From: Paecilomyces variotii
Taxonomy: Eukaryota
Direction: 5' to 3' (one strand)
Assembly: GCA_004022145.1 (NCBI GenBank)
Contig: RCNU01000014.1
Length of the DNA: 64,000 bases
Made by a program: the position numbers and the translations under genes. Position 1 is the first letter of the stretch; the number at the start of each line of letters is the position of its first letter. The notes beneath the pieces were generated by a model. That model had not been told where the DNA came from and did not search any database. It saw only the letters and a program-made list of their open reading frames with translations. Shown here piece after piece: positions 26,901 to 39,760 of this stretch.

Positions 26901-26922
26901 TGTCCGACTATGGGTGCCTTGA
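23920..26922 (+). CDS. Asi1/Asi3-like multi-pass membrane RING E3 ubiquitin ligase; 2 exons
   Basis: N-terminal hydrophobic segments, GMSIFEHSLAFAEAE, and a C-terminal RING CVICQ...WPCRCLCVCEECR...CVTCR. Confidence 0.8.
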
Positions 26923-27530
26923 TTTCCGTACTTCGGACAGAAAATGAATCCCCCAGCATCCACATCCTACCGGTTATACTTCCATCAGGAGATAATCTCC
27001 CATCTTCATCCTTCATAGGCGTCTCCCATGTGTGCATTGTTTCATCATCAAAGCGATTGGCGGGACAAGTTGTTGTCCATAGGTATACGATACAGAGCAG
27101 TCAGACAGGTCCTGCTGCTACCTACTTGTGTTCTCTGTCACTTCAATTCTTGTGTTAAATAGGTCGTATCAAACTCTTGTATGGGTATATTTAGTTCCAT
27201 TTCACCTTTTTGATGAACATATAAAACGCTCGACTTCTTCTTTAGTAGTAGCCTTTTAATGGTAAAAATGACCTTTTTATCAGATGCGGGGGCAATGTAT
27301 TATTATTATATTGTGTTTCCCTTGAAACATCGCTTTTTGCGGCAGTAGGATATACACGCATAAGCGCCCAGAGTGAATTTAACTAAAATGATTTGCGTGA
27401 GCTGTGTATACAGTATTGCAACAAGGCCAGTACGAAATTATCTCTTCTCCAGGTGAGCACCAGAGACTTTGTAGTATATATGGACATTATCACTATTTAA
27501 TACCGTTCGGCAGTATGCAGTCTGAGAATA

Positions 27531-28768
27531 CTACATGATCGTGCTGTTATATAGCGTGGACCTCAGACTCGGAGTGGCCTGAGTAGGTTGGCCTGGCGCC
27601 CGCCCAGTGAATGTATGTGTCGACGACGATGGGAGGCGAGTTCTGTGCTGAGGTGTTGCAGGCGGTATATTCGCTACTTCAGTCAGCTCAGAATAATAGT
27701 ATATCGTATACTTACAATTTCGGGGGCCCCCAGGGCGTATCTGTGGAGGAGGCATCATAGAGGATTCATCCCTTCTGTTAGCGCCCCTAGAGCTCCCGCT
27801 ACCACTGCGCTGATATCGGTGTAGTTGCTCGACTCCCTCTTGATCTACGGGATACTGATTATGAGGTGGCCGGGATGGAGCTGTCTGAGGAATCTGTGAC
27901 ACCAGTCTACTATGGGAAGCCGTCGTGAGTGGTTCGTTTCGAGCCCCAGGAAGTGAATTTAATGTATTCGAGACCGTGTCAGAGGCAGCTGTCTGCATCT
28001 GCGATCTCATGGCCCGGCTCTTGAGTAGGTTGTAGAGATTCGTCATTTGAGCATGCTTTTTGCATTTCTCGCGATACATTTCCACGAGTTCTTGGTTCTT
28101 CTTATGCAGTTGCTGCTGGTTGAGTTCCATCTCTAGATCCATATCAGACACTGTAAGTGAGTGAGTGATCTTTATTCCATCTCGCATCACATACCAGAGG
28201 CGGTTTTGAAGGTTCGATATTTCCATATTTGCGTTGTGGATGATTTTATCCATTTCCGTGCTCAAACTCGCGTATTTCTCCGTCAGACCCTTCCCCAGAT
28301 ACTCTTGGTAGAAGCTTTATATATGATAATAATCAGCAGCGACCCATGAATTAAGCAGTGGATTGTTCGTTCCACGCACATTTCTTGCGTTGTCTGATAC
28401 GTCCAAAACATTAAAGCACGTGCAGCACAATCCATTATTGTATTCGGATCCAAACCGCTGAGAACGCTCGTTTTGTAATCTTCAGTAGGATTCAAGACGG
28501 TCGAGACAGCATCGTCTGGATTGGAGAGGATCGCTTGACATGCAGGGCAACGTCGTTCTCTAGGGCCGGGTACGGAAAGGCCTAGACGATCTGCACATTG
28601 AAGACAGAAGATATGCCTGTAGATATTGTTATTGTCAGCTTTAGCTAATTGGATGGGTTTTGAGGGGAGAGGAGCAGACGAGCAGGTTGTGACCACGGCC
28701 CTTTCGTTCAACTGGGCACGACACTTGAGGGAGTTGCAACGAAGATAGAAATCTAGTGCCTGCGCCAT
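27531..28768 (-). CDS. HEI10: Meiotic crossover RING E3 ligase Hei10/CCNB1IP1; multi-exon, 3' end approximate
   Basis: LRCNSLKCR...AVVTTCS/HIFC..C...CPAC RING, LNPTEDYKTSVLSGLDP.TIMDCA.RALMFW.YQ, followed by a coiled coil and a low-complexity tail. Confidence 0.88.
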
Positions 28769-29268
28769 GGAAAGTGTCTAGCCCAAGAGAGAAAATGAAG
28801 AAGAAAAGTGAGTCAGATATGAAATTCTCTCGCTGGGGAACGGTGTATTTTGGTCCAAGTGAAAACAGCCGCGGAGGGTGTACGGCCAGCTTCCTTCCTG
28901 AATGGGAAGTAGAACTGTCAACTTTTATGTACCGAGACGGAGAAGCAGAAAAGCACTATGCAATTTGCTGCACTATGCAATTGGTAGAGGGGTGAAAATA
29001 TGAGTATGTGACAATATGTGGTGGAAGAAATCTGGGGACATTGAATATTAGTTTGTCCAAGCTACATTCGAGCAGTGGCCCTGCGACTGCCTAGAATCAG
29101 ATATCATGATCGTATCAATGTTGCTTGCATCAATGTTGCTTGCAGATTAGTGCTGAAAATATCATTAAATTTTGTTGATCCACGATGGGAAATTTCTATG
29201 ATGCAAGATCTTTCATTCAAAAAAGCCCCAACCCATGATGAACCTGAACGCCGAAAGCTTGTGATAGA

Positions 29269-30511
29269 CTAGAAGAAAAACACATTTCCTTGAGCATCAC
29301 GCTTGTTCGTGCTCATTTTTTCCTCGAATTCATGCCCTGGTTCATACTCCTGCCACAAACTTGCTGGGAAGATATGCTTGTTCTTCTCGTACCATCTTCT
29401 GTCAACTACTTTAGTCAACGTCGGATCGTGGTCCCCTCCTTCCAGTTGTTCATCGCCTGGGCGTGAAAGAGGGTTATCGTCATCTTTCTTCGGCGGAGGT
29501 TTATTCGAATAATCAAACAGCAGACCACCCGTTTTGGAAAAACTGGGTACCTTATTAGCGATAAAATAGTAAAACTCGTAATGCTGGGACGGAGTTAAGT
29601 CAGTACGTTGGGCTCATCTGATCCTGCGGGAGAAAGGTAACTGACATGCGGTACTATGACTTCTCCCTTGACCAGCATGAGGTCATCTACACCGACTCTG
29701 GCCCATTCTCTTCGGTTATCTTTGCGGCTCTTGAGTGAGCTAACCGTTCCCCCTACACCCAGTTCCGCGCCGACCTTCCGGCATCGATCAAGGAAGAGCC
29801 ATACAGGGTCTCCCTTTTTCACCTTGACAGTACCTGCCGGGATATTCGTTCCATCATAGAATATGAACGGTATCAATATCTCCGTGTTCTTTATTTCCTC
29901 TTGCATCGCTAAGAATTCTTTGCGGAGTGCTTCACGGGCCTGGGCCTCTGCTTCAGCAGCAGCCTTCGTCAAGGCCTTGGGAGGTGGGGGAGCATTTGGA
30001 TTCGGCGCAATTCGTCGAGACAGCGGTTTGTCCTCAGCTGGCGTTTGGGATGCGGACCGGGATCGATCTGTCTCGCGCGGAGTAGCAGCGGAATCATCCC
30101 CAGTCTGTTGCTCCGTTTCTTCGTCATCATCACCGAAGGAAAGTTTGCTCTTTGCAAGAGCCTTCTTTTTCTTCTTCTTTGGAGGCCCTTCGCTTCGCGA
30201 TGTTGAAGCTCTGTATCTGCTGCATTAGCTCGAGATTGAGATGGACGTAGCGAAACCTTGACTCACCCGTCAGTCACATCACCCGTAGAGGGGGTAATAC
30301 TTCGTGAGTTACCAGATGTAAATCGCCCGAGAGATTTGTCATGTGCTTCTCGTTCTTTCTGCTCCAATACTTCGGCACGGCGTTTGCGGAACTCAGAGAG
30401 GTCAACCAGACCAACGGTTTGGGACTTCAGAAGGTCCTCCGTAGACGCAGTCTGGTTTGTGAAGGACCTGGGGGTCGAGGTCCGACTCTGTGGCTCTGAG
30501 GGAGGAGGCAT
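29269..30511 (-). CDS. XAP5: XAP5/FAM50 family nuclear protein; 3 exons
   Basis: LLKSQTVGLV.LSEFRKRR, KLSFGDD, IPFIFYDGT, VDDLMLVKGEVIVPH; last exon ends ...GNVFFF stop. Confidence 0.88.
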
Positions 30512-30954
30512 TGCGGTTGATGAAGGAGACTTCCTTCTGCAATTTTGTATAGCAGAAGGCACGCCAATACAATAACGCCTTCGAGATCAAGCTGGTGATG
30601 ATCTTGACGTAGTTCTGGGGCTGCAAGGCGACAACTTTTTCTGCCTGAGGCAAAGAGCAACTGCTCGTTTGATGACTAAGCTAAGTTTTGCCTGAGGCCG
30701 CAAAATGCAAGAACGAGTATATCAATTAAAGGAATCATATTATCCATTCTTAGAATCAGATACTGGTATGCATGAATGGTCGATTCTTTATCTTTGGCTT
30801 CTTGTTCTTTAATCACCGAAAGCGGCCTTGTAGAAAATATCAGAAAGAAGCGAAATACAGGTGTTGGAACCAATTCATAATGGACCTAGATTGTCTGAAT
30901 AACATCATTCCCCATGATTCATGAATCCGTAGTCCACGAGTCGATGTCTCTACT

Positions 30955-31677
30955 TCACTTTTTCACTTTTTGCGCTATCTCAGGATTCGCCAACATTTCT
31001 CGATTCCATCGTGGATCATCACTCTCCTTTACAGGTGCCCAACCGAGCTGGATCTACTATGCATCAGCCATTCCTCTCTACATATTCTCTGCGCTTCAAA
31101 ATACCATACCTGCATCACCTTCTGATCCCAATCCTTCGTAAAGCTCTTGATCTTCCCGTTTTCCACTTCGAAAATCGCCGCAGCACTCCACTTTGCCTTC
31201 TTGGGCGGATCTGATTTCTCAATGCCTTTATATGGCTTCCCGCAATGCGAGCCTTCAGCGCTATAACGGAGTAAGACATGATTATTCTTGGCCCAAGCCT
31301 GATCATATCTGATTATATGCAAGTCGCTGACGGATTGCATCACATGGGCATGAGACTCGGCATAGTCCATTGGCGTCGAACATCCTGGGAAAGTGGAAGG
31401 GCTCCAGAACCAGCTATCAGGAGCGCAAAGATGTCGAACCGATTCTGCTCCTTTATTCTCCTTTGGCGAGTATGCGATGGACATGTAATCCTTGACTATA
31501 GTCATGTTGCGCTGTGCAGGGAGACATAATTTACGGCATTAGTCATTTCGCTGTAGATGTGGGGTCATCTGTCTTGTGTTGTTTTGATCAAGGAATAATG
31601 TGTATGAAGCCACGCACCTCTTCTTCAGGGGTCTGGTCCGTCGAGATGACGGTTGGGGGATAGTTCTTGGAAGACAT
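30955..31677 (-). CDS. SnoaL-like/NTF2-fold protein (polyketide cyclase/ester cyclase-like); 3 exons
   Basis: Spliced model MSSKNYPPTVISTDQTPEEE/RNMTIVKDYMS...DLHII...VLLRYSAEGSH.G.PY.GI...W...AIFEVENGKI...DWDQKVMQ/IQLGWAP...; pattern typical of SnoaL-like proteins; canonical introns. Confidence 0.7.
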
Positions 31678-33382
31678 TGTATTGATGGATAGATATTGGA
31701 TAGATATTTGAATCAATGGCTTTCAATTTTTGTGGTCAAACTGATATTGCATAGAGGAAATGAAATGAAATATTCCTTCATTGTCCGTTTATGGGATAAA
31801 AACATCATTAAACATCTTCCTAGAATGTAATCATGACGATTATCCAATCGCATGAGCTTTACTGTGTTACCTTGCCATGATGACATCATTTAAGTGACTG
31901 CTTCTAAAGATCAGAGCATCAACGGACAAGAAACGTAGCTTACGAAGCACACGGTCACAATAATGCGGGCTTTCGTCGTGCATATGTTTTCAGAGTTGTG
32001 ATTCACGCACGTCTTAACCAGAAGTCCTGGTCGATTAGTCTATGTACCATATGGTTTAGAGACTGGGCGGTATCTATCCATCATTTAGGATACACATCGT
32101 CTGAAGGCGAGTCTGCGTCAAACTGGTCAGTGCGACACCTTGAACAATAACCTTCTAAAGATGTAAGATTGACATGTTCCATACATATACTCCTCTATGA
32201 TACCACTCTTGCTACACAAGACGAAGTGCTACAGACCGTTAATCAACAATATCTTGGCTTAAATCATACATATTTTCGGGAAGTTTCCTTTCAGTGGATA
32301 TGGTTACGGGAATGACATACTTCCGGTCCAAACTTCAATGTATTGTCTCGAGAAAACGTGGTAAACAAAGAATGCCATTATGATGCTAGTCCAGGCCCGC
32401 AAATCGTACAGTATATTCTGATATATTCAATTTATCTCATGCACTTTGGACGGAGAGGCTTACTGCAATCCGGGCATAATGTATGCCAGATCCAGGCAGA
32501 CCAAGTAGGAGGAATCTCCTTTCCCAATAATGTATACGAAAAACAGTTACTGTCAGCGACATCAACATCGCCACTGCTTGGTGCGGCCATCGATGAAATC
32601 CTGTCGCTTATGATGTCCTTCAAATTCAATGATCATATCCGATAATGATCTTCTCGGGCCAGAAGAGTATATGAGAGGTCAACGGCTGGTATAAACGACG
32701 TTATTATTGTGAAGATCTGGACCTGCTGCGCCAGGTTATCCTTCCACTCTTAAGTACAGAGTAGTTAGCGTATCTCAGCTATTGCGTTTACTGCGGCAGG
32801 AAACCCAAAGCGATGGCTAGGCGCTCATGGGCCTGCTAGAGTCGAACGGCATTGATCGTATTGCGCACATCCTCATAGGCCACTATTCCCCGCCCTCGGG
32901 CAAAACTGGGGCGTTTTGGCGAATTTGGGCCCCGAGAGGCGATACCGAGGGGTCGCATGTCCACTGCTGAAATACTGTACATACTTACTACATATCCTAA
33001 CTGCACGTCAACAACAATGGACAAGCGACGTACACTCATTGTTATGTTGATGTACAGTACCTAGAATCATCGAGCACCACTTGCAGGCCAACAATAGTTA
33101 TGCTGCGTATCCTTCTCGTCCCTTTATTCTCTGCAGGATCTATCGCACGTGGCTGAAGCATGGAGTTGCTTCACCAGGCTCTAGCATCGGCCTGGAGTCT
33201 CCACTTTCCGATATCGCGATATTTGCCGTTATCGCGCAATCTCACCAGGATGAGGAACGCCATTGGACAAAACTATCAGGACAATGTCTGCCGCAATCAT
33301 CGTGGTCGTCTTGTATAAATCTGCGCGATCGCAGATGGCTCGATTAGAAGAGAGTAACCCTGCGTCGGATTAGGACTGCACG

Positions 33383-35077
33383 ATGTCTGAACCCGCCTAT
33401 TTGGAGAAGAAGGGGGAGCCCGGTCACGTCAATGCCCTCGATTTGGAGGATACAAGTTCAGTAGATGCTTTTACTGAACTGGTTGCTGAAGGTGAGTGTT
33501 CGATTTGTCTCAACATTTTGACTCTGCAGCAGGGCGCTGACACGCATCGTGTTATCTAGACCACCAGCATGAAATCAAGCTCCGGACTATGACATGGCAG
33601 AAGGCGGCATGGTTGCTCGCTGGAGACCAGGTCTGCCTGGCCATCATGGCTCAGTCATGGTCGCTCTCGTAAGTTCTGCCTTCGGAGAGATACGACATTT
33701 GCAGTACTAACAATCGCACCTGTGCAGCGTTTTGGGATGGGTCCCAGGAATTATCACCATGGTTGTTTCTGCTGCCTTCTTTTGGATTACCTCGATTACC
33801 ATGCACAAGTTCATTATGAAGCATCCATACATTAAGGATATCTGTAAGTATATTGTCGTTCATATGCAGCCTCGACGCTGGCAATGTGCTCTTACCTGGA
33901 ACTGGCGACTAACTATGCGGGACAAGGTGACTTCGGGTACTATGCATTTGGGAAGAGCAGACTTGCTTATGGATTCTCTTCGTTCATGCTGCTCGCGAAC
34001 AACATTATCCTGATTGGATTTCATATCCTTACCGGTGCTAAGATCCTCAACACACTGTCAGACCATTCGCAGTGCACTGTTGTCTTCTCAGTCATTTGTA
34101 CGTTAATGGGCATCGTGTTGTCCGCGCCAAGGACTTTACGCCATGTTTCGTTCATGTCAATGTTCTCAGGTGAGTAATAGAGATTCGTCTCCCGGGTTTA
34201 TGTGGCGGTCTTTTACTGATTTTGTCCTGTTTCAACAGCTGCTTGCATGGGCATTGCGATCCTCCTTTTCCTTATCTTCGCCGGCATCGAAGACCATCCT
34301 CTAGTGGGAAACACCGGGAACTATCCTTCTGAAGGACCAGTCCGCACCTATGCCTTTCCTCTCCCAGGAACTACTTGGGTGGCATGTCTCAATGCTGTCT
34401 TGAACATTACTTTCCTCTGGGTTCCTCAGATCCTTTTTCCAACCTTCATCGCCGAGATGGAAAAGCCTCAAGACTTCCCCAAGTCTCTTGCAGTCCTTGC
34501 CGCCATTTCGATCGTCCTCTTTATTGTCCCACCCGCCATTGGATTCAGATACCTGGGCCAATACGCAACCGCCCCAGCCTTCGGCAGTCTCGGCGTCGTT
34601 GCCTACAAGAAAGCATCTTTCGCATTCGTCATTGTCCCGACACTCATCATAGGCTCCATCTACGCCAACGTTACCGCCAAATTCATCTATTATAAGATCA
34701 TGCGACAGTCAAGACATGCGCACAGCAACACTGTCCTTGGCTGGAGTGTCTGGCTCTTGGTCATGGGCAGCATCTGGGGCATCGGTTTCATTTTCTCTGA
34801 GGTCGTACCTAGCATGGGTGATTTCCTCTCCCTTCTGGGTGCTGCTTTTGACTCGTTCTTTGGCTTCATTTTCTTTGCTATTGCATACTGGCAACTCTAT
34901 AAGCGGGAACTATTTACTGGACTGGGGAGGTCTGTTATGACCTTGATTCACGTCCTAGTCTTGCTGAGCGGTTTGTTTCTGCTGGGTCCGGGACTTTATG
35001 CTGCTGTTGAGGCTATCATCTCCGATTATTCGGGCAGCACTACTCCGGCATTCACCTGTGCTAATATGGCCATCTAG
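33383..35077 (+). CDS. Amino acid permease, AAAP family (Mtr-like neutral amino acid transporter); 5 exons
   Basis: RTMTWQKAAWLL, LGWVPGII, HPYIKDICD, FPTFIAEMEKPQDFPKSL, multiple hydrophobic helices; canonical introns. Confidence 0.88.
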
Positions 35078-35246
35078 ACGGAAAAATGTCTTGGAGCTGC
35101 AAGGAAGGATAGTTGCTTGATGCAGGAGACTAGGTAGCTAAGAGGCTGAAGCGGGCCATTTATCTATCCTACTATATAACCAGCTAGACCTAATGCAATA
35201 TTATACCAAGCCAAGCCTGGTCCTGTGTGCCCGCCATATGTACTTA

Positions 35247-35709
35247 TGTCGGAGCCTGGCAGACCTCCTGTCGGATTTCTCTCACGCCTTTCTAGCTGTA
35301 CCCACAGAGATAAATAGGCTTGCGCTCCGGAACTCATTAATACATAGCTCCTGGTACTTAAAAGCGGAATGGATTGGCATAATTTGGGACAACTGTACTC
35401 TTATTCTGCCCCCAACTACACTCGATCATTTGTGATCAACAAGGTTGGATCTCTTTCCCGATGATTTCTCGGCCCGATACGCATCCAGTGAAGAAGCCAT
35501 GGCTTCGGCTCAGTTAATACTCCAGGGCCAATTAGTGAAAGCGTCCATTTCTTCCAACCCTCTGAGCCAGGTGTCACATTAATAGACTCTGCATCACTTG
35601 AAATGCTGAGAAGTCGACTCTGATACTGAGCACCATTAGAATTCTCTAGCAACTAGCTCGGCCTATTTATCTCTGTGGGTGGACGTCTGCCTGTAGGCAG
35701 GCTCCGACA
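35247..35709. repeat. ~460 bp segment with long imperfect terminal inverted repeats (MITE-like)
   Basis: TGTCGGAGCCTG (35247-35258) pairs with CAGGCTCCGACA (35698-35709); perfect 20-bp inverted repeat ACCCACAGAGATAAATAGGC (35300-35319) / GCCTATTTATCTCTGTGGGT (35661-35680). No clear target site duplication. Confidence 0.6.
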
Positions 35710-36190
35710 GAATATGGACAATGATCGTACGCAAAGAAAATTCAATCCTAAATTTAAATTGAAATACCACGGGCCTAGCCCGTCAAATGAACATCGGTCA
35801 ACTCTCATAGGATCGTGGCTGTGGATGCGTTTCATCCATCGCCTTCTGTTTGCCGGAAACGCTCGACAAGCCGTCGCTCAGATGAGGAGCAAACGTCTGG
35901 CTAAGGAGTGGATAGAAATGGCGTCAAAAATGGAGCATAAAATCCGCCGTCGTGCCTCGCACAGTGAGATTGAGCCTAACCCTCTCAACTTCATTAGCTC
36001 TGACTTGACTGGGGTAGCCTTCATTATTCACTTCACTTCGTCACTTTGCTTCGAATTTACCATACTTGAAGCCATCTTAATCCTTCTCTGGCTTGTCAAA
36101 ACTCTTATTTTTATTCAAGCTGTGTCTACGTGCACACAATATTTTGCTAGAAGAAAGACAACTCATTTGAATGAGACACAATAGGTAAAA

Positions 36191-37190
36191 ATGGCAGAGC
36201 CTGAGGTACCAGCTAGTCAGATAGCAAATGCAGAGAACTGCACTCCAGAGCAAATATTTTCTTTCTCAATGTTTTCTTCTCCTGACGACCTCTACGAGCA
36301 TGCCCTAGCAATTCTCTCTACCGCCACGTCTGACCAAGAACTCGTTTACAAAGACGTTCCACCACTTTGGGCCCAGACTGTATTAGATCGGCTCGAGAGC
36401 AGGTTTAGAGGTTCTTTCAGGTAAGATCGTTTCCTATTATCTTTTTCTCCGAGGGTCTGCAAAAATTATTTTTTTATCTTCATCTTTATTTTTATTTTTA
36501 CAGAAAAAACTACAACGTTGTAACATCGACTATCTGGATTCGAGCTATGCCTACCCCATTTCATGTCTGCCATCAAACGTAGACCATTACTCAGAAAGGC
36601 CGGTGGAATCGTGCTGGGCTTACAACCACTACCGAGGACGAATATTTAAACATTTCGATGGGTACAAGTAAGTTGAAATCTCATCGACCGTGTGATTGAC
36701 TATATTAACAATGTCACTAGCTACTTTATTCATCGGCGGCCCATATTTAAGCTCTAGAAAGGAGCCAGATTTATTAGTTCGACCAGATAATCGGCCGTTG
36801 CCATCTCTTGTCATGGAGTCCGGATGGAGTGAATCTTTGTCCCGATTTTGGGATGATATGAATCTCTGGCTGATCGGTAGCCAGGGACATGTCAAAGCGA
36901 CAATTATACTCAACTGGCAGCTAGTTGCTAATATAAACACAGTTCGAGGACATGTCGAGCTGTACACCTTAGACAGGAATAGAATGCCTCATTTACAACA
37001 AAATATCATCGTCTTCCCTGCTCCTCCTGCCCAGGCTGCAGCCCAACAACTTGTCCTGACGCGGGAGGAAATTTTCGGCGGCCATGTTTTCCAAGGCCAA
37101 GACCCCAACGACCAGTTTGTATTCTCGATTGACCTTCTGCGCGAGAAGGCTACTGATGCATTGAGACTGATGAATCTTGTTCCCGCGTGA
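36191..37190 (+). pseudogene. PD-(D/E)XK restriction-endonuclease-like (Uma2-like) gene with an in-frame nonsense codon
   Basis: Three-exon model keeps frame across two GT-AG introns. Exon 2 reads RAMPTPFHVCHQT-TAG(36580-36582)-TITQ; exon 3 reads KEPDLLVRP...PSLVMESGWSES...DDMNLWL. Confidence 0.65.
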
Positions 37191-38125
37191 TGCCTTCGGG
37201 TATCTGGATTATCACTTGGAAGCAGACATTCTACTGAAAGCTTCTACTATTACTTCTTTTCCTGTCTCTTGTCGTCAGCACAATTGTTTAATGACGCGAT
37301 GATACAGAATACGAAAGCAATCACAGGTATTATTTGCTAGGGGAACCGCTAACAGTTTTAGCAATGAATGCGTATTCCATCACTTCGGCCAGGAAATCCC
37401 AAAATATGAACACATGATCTCCAGCTAAATGGATATGATACACGCAAGCGCTGCAAAGCATAAACGTGCACTGCGTGGCCTGCCAATTGTGTGACGGGGG
37501 ACCGCGGTCAACCGTGAGAGGGACCTCACCGGTCTGAGCTGATCCTCCTACGGAGTCACGGTCTACCACGGTCGACTACGATCTAACCGGCGACAAAGAC
37601 GGTATCAACTTCGGACCTACAGATGACGAGACCCTGTCGCGATAATTCGACAATTACTACGAGATCTGGCAGGATGGCCATTCGAAATCCAGGACAGCCC
37701 CAGAGCATTGTACATACAAAGCAAGTGATGGGACGTTGAGGCGGCGGTTTCCTGCTAGAAGGGATTTGGAAATAGCGCCGTGATAGCGGTTATTTTCAGC
37801 GTCACATTCTATATGTAATTGATATATAGACTTTATTCTATTGTAGCTTTGCGAGGAGAATAAATTAGGTATACAGAACAGAAAGGTGATTTCTTGTGCC
37901 TGAAATAATACATGTAACCTTCACAAGAATAGTGCTCTTTTGGAGCGACTGACCGCCTACCCGAAACAATCGAATTCCTCATATCGAACCAATCATACGC
38001 AGAGCAGAGATCGTCCAGCCCGGGCAAGCTCAGAGCTTCCTGGGATGCAAGGTAAACAGCATTCGCGATTCTCTTCCTTTTTCCAGACCTGCCTCTTCAA
38101 TTGAAGCGGCCAACGAGTCGAGAAA

Positions 38126-39252
38126 ATGGAGGAAGATGACGATGATCTCTATGAGCCAGGCGACGCCGTTCCCGCTCAGACGCAAAATGGCACCACCCAA
38201 CAGGCCTCGGACGCGCAGGACGGAGAGGAAGTCGAAGAGGTAGAGGTTGAGGTGGAGGATGATGATGTCCGTTCCCTACTATCATATATATACGGTATAG
38301 ATGGCTGACAGCATGATAGGATGACTTCAACATCATAACTGAAGCTCCACCCGATGCACCGCCTCCAGAAGTGTGAGTATTCTCGACTCCTAGACATGCC
38401 TATCACGAGCTGACAAGAAACAGCGCACTCCCTCGCCATGCTAGTCTACGCAGTGAACCACCGCGCCCATCTTCGGTGGACTCTGTTGCAATTCCTAAAG
38501 CTCCGACACCATCCATCACACCAAAAGTCGAGACCCCTTCCCCCGCGATTTCGGCCGTCAAGCCTGCTGTGCCACAGAAACCGGGATCAGCCTATCCTCC
38601 CATTCATGCCTCGAATATCGATGTCCACGCGAACCCGATACACCCTGCTACAGGAAAGCCGATTACATCTACGGACATTGACGCAGACTTCCCCGGAGAA
38701 GATGACAAGCCGTGGAGACGGCCCGGGACAGACTTGACGGACTACTTCAACTACGGCTTTGACGAATTCACATGGGCTAGTTACTGCCTCAAGCAGCAGG
38801 AGCTGCGGAAAGAAGTTGGGGATCAACGGAAGCAGCTCGAGGACATGCAAGCTTTCCTCATGGGCGGCATCCCAGGACTGCCTGGGGCGCCTCCTGGAGC
38901 TCCAGGACCACAGCCAGGGCCTGCACCCCCAGGCATGCCAGGCCTCCCCGGGATGCCTGAAATGTCGCCCGATATGATGCAGGGAATGCTTGCCGGGATG
39001 ATGTCTCAGGGCTTGGATCCGGCTTCTATGGATCCTATGTCGTTTATGCAGCATGCCCAAGCAATGATGGGTGGAAGCCAACCCGGTGCTGCTGGCGGCC
39101 AACCGGGTCCCGGTGGTTTTGGTGGTCAGTCTCAACCCCAAGGCTTTGGAGGTCAAGGAGGTGGCCAGCAGCAGATGGGTTACGGAGGCTACGACCAGCG
39201 AGGAGGCTTTGGTGGTGGCCGGGGAAGAGGTGGAGGTGGAAGAAGGTGGTAA
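38126..39252 (+). CDS. FIP1: Pre-mRNA polyadenylation factor Fip1; 3 exons
   Basis: Acidic N-terminus; Fip1 motif KPWRRPGTDLTDYFNYGFDEFTW.SYC; Gly/RGG-rich tail. Confidence 0.94.
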
Positions 39253-39747
39253 GGAGAGACTCGATGATATGTATGTTATTATTTTTTCTGTGGTTACCTT
39301 CCGGTTGGAGGCATGTTCAGGTTGGGGAATGGATTACTTCGACGCTGGCGTTTAAAGCAAGGGAATCGGTCAGTCAGACCGTTCAAAAATGAAGGCATTC
39401 GACTTGGCTTTTCTTGAGTATTGAGCGATATTAAATCACGATATATTTAATCACGGAGTAGAATGGTAGTAGCTTATTGATTGTTCTTCCGGCGGGTGTA
39501 GAATCCGCAGCTGTAGATACCCACACTCGATCATTACGACTGTAGCTTTGGGCTTAATGGAGACACAGGGACAGAATCAAAAGCAACCACTGAGAGGAAA
39601 ACTGTCCGCTTGATAAATACTATCTTTAACTAGAGTATAATAACTCGTTGATATGGTGTTTTGGAGATCCTTCAAGCCGCGCAGTACCCTCGGCATCTAC
39701 ATCCCGTGACCGGCAAGGCAGCTGTCGGCGTTGCTGAAGTCTTGGCA

Positions 39748-39760
39748 TTCTGGAAATTTC
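39748..39760. promoter_or_regulatory. Heat-shock element upstream of HSP10
   Basis: TTCtgGAAatTTC, three alternating nGAAn units ~175 bp upstream of the HSP10 ATG. Confidence 0.7.

Noticed and set aside
29115..29144. 15-bp tandem duplication ATCAATGTTGCTTGC x2 (also TAAGCCATAC x2 at 50651-50670)
   Set aside because: Two-copy slippage duplications without spacers; not an array.
31900..33300. Short ORFs between the SnoaL-like and permease genes as a decayed regulator
   Set aside because: No Zn2Cys6 or other recognisable motif; cannot be supported without a search.
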